In this document: piece by piece, positions 57,410 to 64,000 of the stretch
Layout of the letters: every line of letters begins with the position of its first letter
How positions within the stretch are numbered: the first letter of the stretch is position 1
Origin: Eledone cirrhosa
Lineage: Eukaryota
DNA length: 64,000 nt
Assembly: GCA_964016885.1 (NCBI GenBank)
Contig: OZ024766.1
Coordinates: 1,674,001 to 1,738,000, forward strand
Direction of reading: 5' to 3'
The notes under the pieces: model-generated
Told to the model about the DNA's origin: nothing
What the model saw: the letters and a program-made list of their open reading frames with translations, nothing else
Databases searched by the model: none
Translations under genes and position numbers: made by a program

Positions 57410-57737
57410 ATCATTTCATTTTACGTCCGCTTTTTCCCTGCTTGCAAGGGTGGGACGGGAACTGATTCTGGCTCGATTTCTACAGCTGGATGCCCTTCCT
57501 AACACCAACCTCATTTACAGTGAGTGCTGGGTGCTTTTTTGCCGTGGCACCTCCACGACCACTTTGCAGTGGAATGATAGGGACCCCAGTCCCTATCATC
57601 TCATTTCTACAGCTGAGTAAACTGGAGCAATGTGAAGTAAAGTGTCTTGCTCAAGGAAACAACACATCACCCGGTCTGAGAATTGAATTCACAACCTTTC
57701 GATTGCAAGGCCAATGCTCTAACCACTAAGCCATGTG
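57410..57737 (-). mobile_element. SINE family A
   Basis: Near full-length copy, inverted relative to 56319-56664. Confidence 0.92.
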
Positions 57738-57912
57738 TATATATATATATATATGTGTATATGTATGTGTATATATATATATATATGTGTATATGTATGT
57801 ATATATATGTGTATATGTATGTGTATGTGTATATGTATGTGTATATATATATATATATGATGGTGGTTTGTTGTATTTTAAATCATCCCTCTCTCTCTTC
57901 CTGTCTCCCCAG

Positions 57913-58058
57913 CTCTACTGTCCAGTTTCCAGCCCCACACCGACATGGTCAACTCTCTTTATCTCTCTCACCACGACCCTTTCATTATCTCTGCCTCTTC
58001 CGACTGGACTGTGGTCATCTCTCACATTAATGGTCAACAAATTGGTGTGTTTGGACAG
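57913..58058 (+). CDS. WDR49: WDR49-like exon 22
   Basis: Encodes LLSSFQPHTDMVNSLYLSHHDPFIISASSDWTVVISHINGQQIGVFGQ; donor gtgagt. Confidence 0.95.
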
Positions 58059-58116
58059 GTGAGTCTTCTAATATCTGCCCTAGCCCACCTGTGTTAAGTT
58101 ATTTGAAGGATTTGTG

Positions 58117-58880
58117 TCATAGAACCAGGGGGTGTTTGGAACATAACTTAACAAAGGTTCTTACAAACAGTTTTCTATCATAGAACCAGAGGTGTTTGGA
58201 ACATACCTTAACAAAGGTTCTTACAAACAGTTTTCTGTCATAGAACCAGGGGTGTTTGGAACATAACTTAACAAAGGTTCTTACAAACAGTTTTCTATCA
58301 TAGAACCAGGGGTGTTTGGAACATAACTTAACAAAGGTTCTTACAAACAGTTTTCTATCATAGAACCAGAGGTGTTTGGAACATAACTTAACAAAGGTTC
58401 TTACAAACAGTTTTCTATCATAGAACCAGAGGTGTTTGGAACATAACTTAACAAAGGTTCTTACATAAAATTATGATGGAAGGTTTTTAGATAAATATAA
58501 ACACTTTAAAACGAACAGTTTTGTGTCATAGAATCAGGGGTGTTTGGAACATAACTTAACCTAGAACCAGGGGTGTTTGGAACATAACTTAACCTAGAAC
58601 CAGGGGTGTTTGGAACATAACTTAACCTAGAACCAGGGGTGTTTGGAACATAACTTAACCTAGAACCAGGGGTGTATGGAACATAACTTAACCTAGAACC
58701 AGGGGTGTATGGAACATAACTTAACATAGAATCAGGGGTGTTTGGAACATAACTTAACCTAGAACCAGGGGTGTATGGAACATAACTTAACATAGAACCA
58801 GGGGTGTTTGGAACATAACTTAACCTAGAACCAGGGGTGTATGGAACATAACTTAACCTAGAACCAGGGGTGTATGGAAC
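58117..58880. repeat. 60-bp then 34-bp minisatellite (family of 1-326)
   Basis: 60-bp units, then truncated tagaaccaggggtgtttggaacataacttaacc units. Confidence 0.95.
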
Positions 58881-58961
58881 ACACCTTTTATAAATGTTTA
58901 ATTCTGTGATATATTGTGAAACTCATCTCCTCCTCCTCCTCTCCATATTTCCACACCCCAG

Positions 58962-59015
58962 GAACCCCATTGGAGTCTGGATCCATCGCTGAGTCTTACA
59001 ACCGGAATCAAGAAG
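58962..59015 (+). CDS. WDR49: WDR49-like exon 23
   Basis: Encodes EPHWSLDPSLSLTTGIKK, completing the FGQxxHW motif; phase 0-0. Confidence 0.85.
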
Positions 59016-59054
59016 GTTGGTGAAGAAATATTTAACCCTGTTCTTTTGAAAGCA

Positions 59055-59853
59055 TAATTGTCTCTACTTTTGGGGGCACAAGGCCAGCAATTACCCCCAG
59101 TGTATTACTGGTACTTTATTCTATAGACCCCGTATTAATTGTTTCTACTTTTGGGGGCACAAGGCCAGCAATTACCCCCAGTGTATTACTGGTACTTTAT
59201 TTTATCAACCCCGTAATAATTGTTTCTACTTTTGGGGGCACAAGGCCAGCAATTACCCCAGTGTATTACTGGTACTTTATTTTATCGACCCCGTAATAAT
59301 TGTTTCTACTTTTGGGGGCACAAGGCCAGCAATTACCCCCAGTGTATTACTGGTACTTTATTTTATCAACCCCGTAATAATTGTTACTACTTTTGGGGGC
59401 ACAAGGCCAGCAATTACCCCAGTGTATTACTGGTACTTTATTTTATCGACCCCGTAATAATTGTTTCTACTTTTGGGGGCACAAGGCCAGCAATTACCCC
59501 CAGTGTATTACTGGTACTTTATTTTATCGACCCCGTAATAATTGTTTCTACTTTTGGGGGCACAAGGCCAGCAATTACTGGTACTCTATTTTATCGACCC
59601 CGTAATAATTGTTTCTACTTTTGGGGGCACAAGGCCAGCAATTACCCCAGTGTATTACTGGTACTTTATTTTATCGACCCCGTAATAATTGTTTCTACTT
59701 TTGGGGGCACAAAGCCAGCAATTACACCACTGTATTACTGGTACTCTATTTTAGCGACCCCGTAATAATTGTTTCTACTTTTGGGGGCACAAAACCAGCA
59801 ATTACACCAGTGTATTACTGGTACTCTATTTTATCGACCCCGTAATAATTGTT
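59055..59853 (-). repeat. ~80-bp tandem array from SINE B 3' part
   Basis: About 10 units sharing a ggggg insertion variant. Confidence 0.92.
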
Positions 59854-60146
59854 TGCTCATACAGGAACTGATGCTGGCTTGATCTCTACAGCTGGATGCC
59901 CTTCCTAACACCAACCTCATTTACAGTGAGTGCTGGGTGCTTTTTCGTGGCGCCTACACGTCCACTTTACAGTGTGGGCTGGGTGCTTTTTTTGCCGTGG
60001 CACCTCCACAACCACCTTGCAGTGGGAGGGTGTGGGGGCATATTGTCTCTATGCTTCAGCTTGTACCCATGGGAGGTCGGGTACTCTGTATTACTGCGTG
60101 ACACCAGAGGTCACGGTCATTTAAAAAAATTTTTTTTTTTTTTCAG

Positions 60147-60351
60147 TTTCATCCAGAAAATCTGGAATGTTCCGAAGTGGAAGAGAAACAAGATGATGCT
60201 GATGATGGTGATGATGGTGAACAACAAGATCAAGAAGGAGCTGGAATCGGAAATGTTGAGGGTTCCTTGAATAACCTGGAAATTGGTGAAGAAGGGGTCC
60301 ATATAAACCCCAACACATTTCGATGGAACACTTGGGAAAACACGCTCCTTG
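60147..60351 (+). CDS. WDR49: WDR49-like exon 24 (acidic)
   Basis: Poly-T plus cag acceptor. Encodes FHPENLECSEVEEKQDDADDGDDG...FRWNTWENTLL; phase 0-1. Confidence 0.85.
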
Positions 60352-61431
60352 GTAAAACAGTTTATTTTTGTTGAGTTTTCCTGTTTTTACTAAAAGTTGC
60401 TGAAGAAGGGTTTCAACACATTGCTCCCTATAAGGGGACTACAGTCAACACATTGCTCCCTATAAGGGGACTACAGGGAGTGTGTATCTCAGTTTTTTAC
60501 AATAAGTACACCATGGCTTAGTGGTTAGAGTGTTGGACTTCCCTGGTGATTTCCTCCAAATGAAACAGTTCTAGTCCTGTAGAAGCCGTTTCTATATTCA
60601 ATATTTATACTCTGCTTTGTATTGAGTACTTCACTTACTGTGGTTACTTCCGATTGAATCCAGGATACACACACACACATATATATATACACATATATAT
60701 ATATATACACATATATATATATATATACACATATTTATATATATACACATATATATATATATACACACATATATATATATACACACATATATATATATAT
60801 ACACACATATATATATACACATATATATATATACACATATATATATATACACATATATATATATACACACATATATATATATATACACATATATATATAT
60901 ATACACATATATATATATATACACACATATATATATATATACACACATATATATATATATACACATATATATATATATACACGCACATATATATATATAT
61001 ACACACATATATATATATATACACATATATATATATACACATATATATATATATATACACATATATATATATATATACACATATATATATATATATACAC
61101 ATATATATATATATATACACATATATATATATATATACACATATATATATATATATACACATATATATATATATATACACATATATATATATATATACAC
61201 ATATATATATATATACACATATATATATATATACACATATATATATATACACATATATATATATATATATACACATATATATATATATATATACACATAT
61301 ATATATATATATATACACATATATATATATACACATATATATATATACACATATATATATATATATACACACATATATATATATACACACATATATATAT
61401 ATACACATATATATATATATATACACATATA

Positions 61432-61463
<32 letters not shown>

Positions 61464-61659
61464 CATATATATATATATACATATATATACATATATATAT
61501 ATACATATATATATACATATATATATACATATATATATACATATATATATACATATATATATACACATATATATGTATATATACACATATATATATATGT
61601 ATATATACACATATATATATGTATATATACACATATATATATGTATATATACACATATA

Positions 61660-61697
<38 letters not shown>

Positions 61698-61698
61698 C

Positions 61699-61733
<35 letters not shown>

Positions 61734-61736
61734 CAC

Positions 61737-61811
<75 letters not shown>

Positions 61812-62095
61812 TATATATATATATACACATATATATATATATATATACAGATATATATATATATATACACACATATATATATAATCATTTAAGGGTGGGA
61901 CAGGTCCCTATAAACCAAGTTAGTACTTAAATGGGAGTCACTGACCCCTAGACATTCCGAGGGGTCACATCTCACTTACATATGATCCCTAATATACACG
62001 AATCTTCTTCAACACTTCCAAACCACCTCACCCCTAATTCTGCCCCCCCCCCCTACAAATTCTGTTTTATCTGACCAGACCCCTTAAACTTTCAG

Positions 62096-62196
62096 GAAAA
62101 GATTACGAGGAGATGCGCGTTAAGAAGCGTCGCCGGCGACAACCAGACAAGCTGCCCCCTAGTGTGCTGACCTGGGAGAAAGCAGGACCTTATTCT
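62096..62196 (+). CDS. WDR49: WDR49-like exon 25
   Basis: ttcag acceptor, TCT|gtaagt donor. Encodes KDYEEMRVKKRRRRQPDKLPPSVLTWEKAGPYS; phase 1-0; next exon not found in the window. Confidence 0.85.
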
Positions 62197-62757
62197 GTAA
62201 GTCCTACATGTTTCATTACTACATGGTGTGTGACAGCTGCAGTCTGATGACAAGTGTCTTCCCCATTGGGTGGCGTAGGGTGGTCTGGTGGTGTAGGGTG
62301 GGGTCCATGTTGGTTTGCTGAATTAGGAGGGTGTTTGTTGAGGGGTGTTAGACTGGTTTGAGCAATAACTGTCTTGTTTATCTACATGTCACCACCTCTA
62401 CATGTTTCTGGTAGAAAACTGTGCCGTATTCTTTAAGTCCTACATGTTATATATATATATCATTGCTTTTACACCTCTACATGTGTTTCAGGTAGAAAGC
62501 TGCACCTTATTTCCTAAGCTCCACATGTTACATTACACCATTACATGGCTACATGTGTTTCTGGTAGAAAGTACTATATTTCTCCCCTCGGTCCCACATG
62601 TTACATATATCACCACCATTACACCTTTACATGTGTATTCTCAAGTCTCGAATAACCCTCCCAATGGACTTTACAGTGTGGACTGGGTGCTTTTTGTTGT
62701 GACACATACATGACCACTTTACAGTGGGAGCGGTTGGTTCTTATTTTACTATATGCT

Positions 62758-63340
62758 TCAGCTTCGGCTTGTTCCTGTGGGGGGGGGGGTCTTCTGTATT
62801 ACTGCGTAACACCAGGGTTCACGGTCCTGTGTCATCATCTTTGAGAGGTGTAATTGGGTAAGGTCAGCTTTTATCACCTCATCCCAGGTCTTCTTGGGTC
62901 TCCCCACTCCGCGGCTTCCATCGACTTCTAGTGCAGCAGTCATCCTTCATACGCATCACGTCTACACCAACACAATCTCCTCTCCTGCACACAGCGTTTG
63001 ATTCCTCTTATGCTCAGTCTCTCTCTCAATTCGTTTATGCTTTGCCGTTCGCGTATATTACTATTACACATCCATCGGAGCATGCAGGCTTCGTTTCTTT
63101 CTAATCTACGTAAGTTTTCCACCTTCAGCGCCCTGATCTCACTACCATGTAACATTGCTGTTCGGATACACGCATCATACAGTCTGCTTTTCATTCTGAG
63201 GGAGAAGCCTTTTGCAGCTAGCAGTGGCAGTAGTTCCCTGAACTTCTCCCATCCCGTTCTTACCCTAGTTATTATACTTTCTGAACACCCACCTCCGCTG
63301 CTAATTCGGTCACCTAGGTAACAGAAGCTGTCTACTGCTA
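62758..63340 (-). mobile_element. RTE LINE 3' fragment (same subfamily as 51137)
   Basis: FCYLGD, GWEKFRELLPLL, RLYDACIRTAMLHGSE and RPKKTW motifs. Confidence 0.92.
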
Positions 63341-64000
63341 ACGCAGCCTCTCTCTCAATTCGTTTATGCTTTGCCGTTCGCGTATATTACTATTACACAT
63401 TCATCGGATGATGCTGATGAATATAAAACAGAGGGGTTAGGGTTAGGGGAATCTGATAATTTAATAAACAGTGTGTGTATGTGTGAGGAAGGGATTATTC
63501 GAGATATGAAAGGACACAATCTTTTGACCCAGTAATCATGTTCTTTTACATAAAACATGGCTAGCTTTTTGACAAGTTTGGCATTTTGAGAGTTTGACAT
63601 AGTTTAATCAAAATACTTGTCTGTGGTCGATCATGATGAGATCTTTCTAGAAAATATTGTTGGACATGACAGGAATTTCATATTAGATAACGACAATATA
63701 TATATGGAAATATATATGTATATGTATATATATATATTTACTTATATATATATATATATTTACTTATATATATATATTTACTTATTTATTATATATATAT
63801 TTATTATATATATATATATATATATTTATTTACTTATTATATATATATAATATTTACTTATTATATATATATAATATTTATTTATTATATATATATATAT
63901 ATATATTTATTTATTATATATATATTTATTTATTATATATATATATATATATATTTATTTACTTATTATATATATATAATATTTATTTATTATATATATA

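Overview
Eukaryotic genomic DNA, very rich in (TA)n/(CA)n/(GTG)n microsatellites, tRNA-derived SINEs and RTE LINE fragments. This landscape suggests an octopod cephalopod (inference). The whole window lies within one + strand gene, a WDR49/CFAP337-like (EF-hand-like N-terminus plus WD40 repeats) gene. I could hand-splice 25 GT-AG exons (2745..62196, 3382 nt) with consistent phases and no internal stops; the gene continues beyond the right edge and possibly the left. The introns hold two SINE families, RTE and CR1-like LINE remnants, two Helitron-type elements, MITEs/foldbacks and many minisatellites, several amplified from TE ends. Most notable observations: (i) at least five unrelated minimal type I hammerhead-ribozyme motifs, including an intact one at 47933-47987 and a U3-A8 covariant one at 38484-38526; (ii) a candidate nested antisense gene in the 18.4-kb intron, possibly encoding a secreted Cys-rich protein; (iii) a 1002-nt in-frame, stop-free poly-Ser intron; (iv) inverted young repeats that could form dsRNA in the pre-mRNA. 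Homology calls are from memory of the families, not from database searches.
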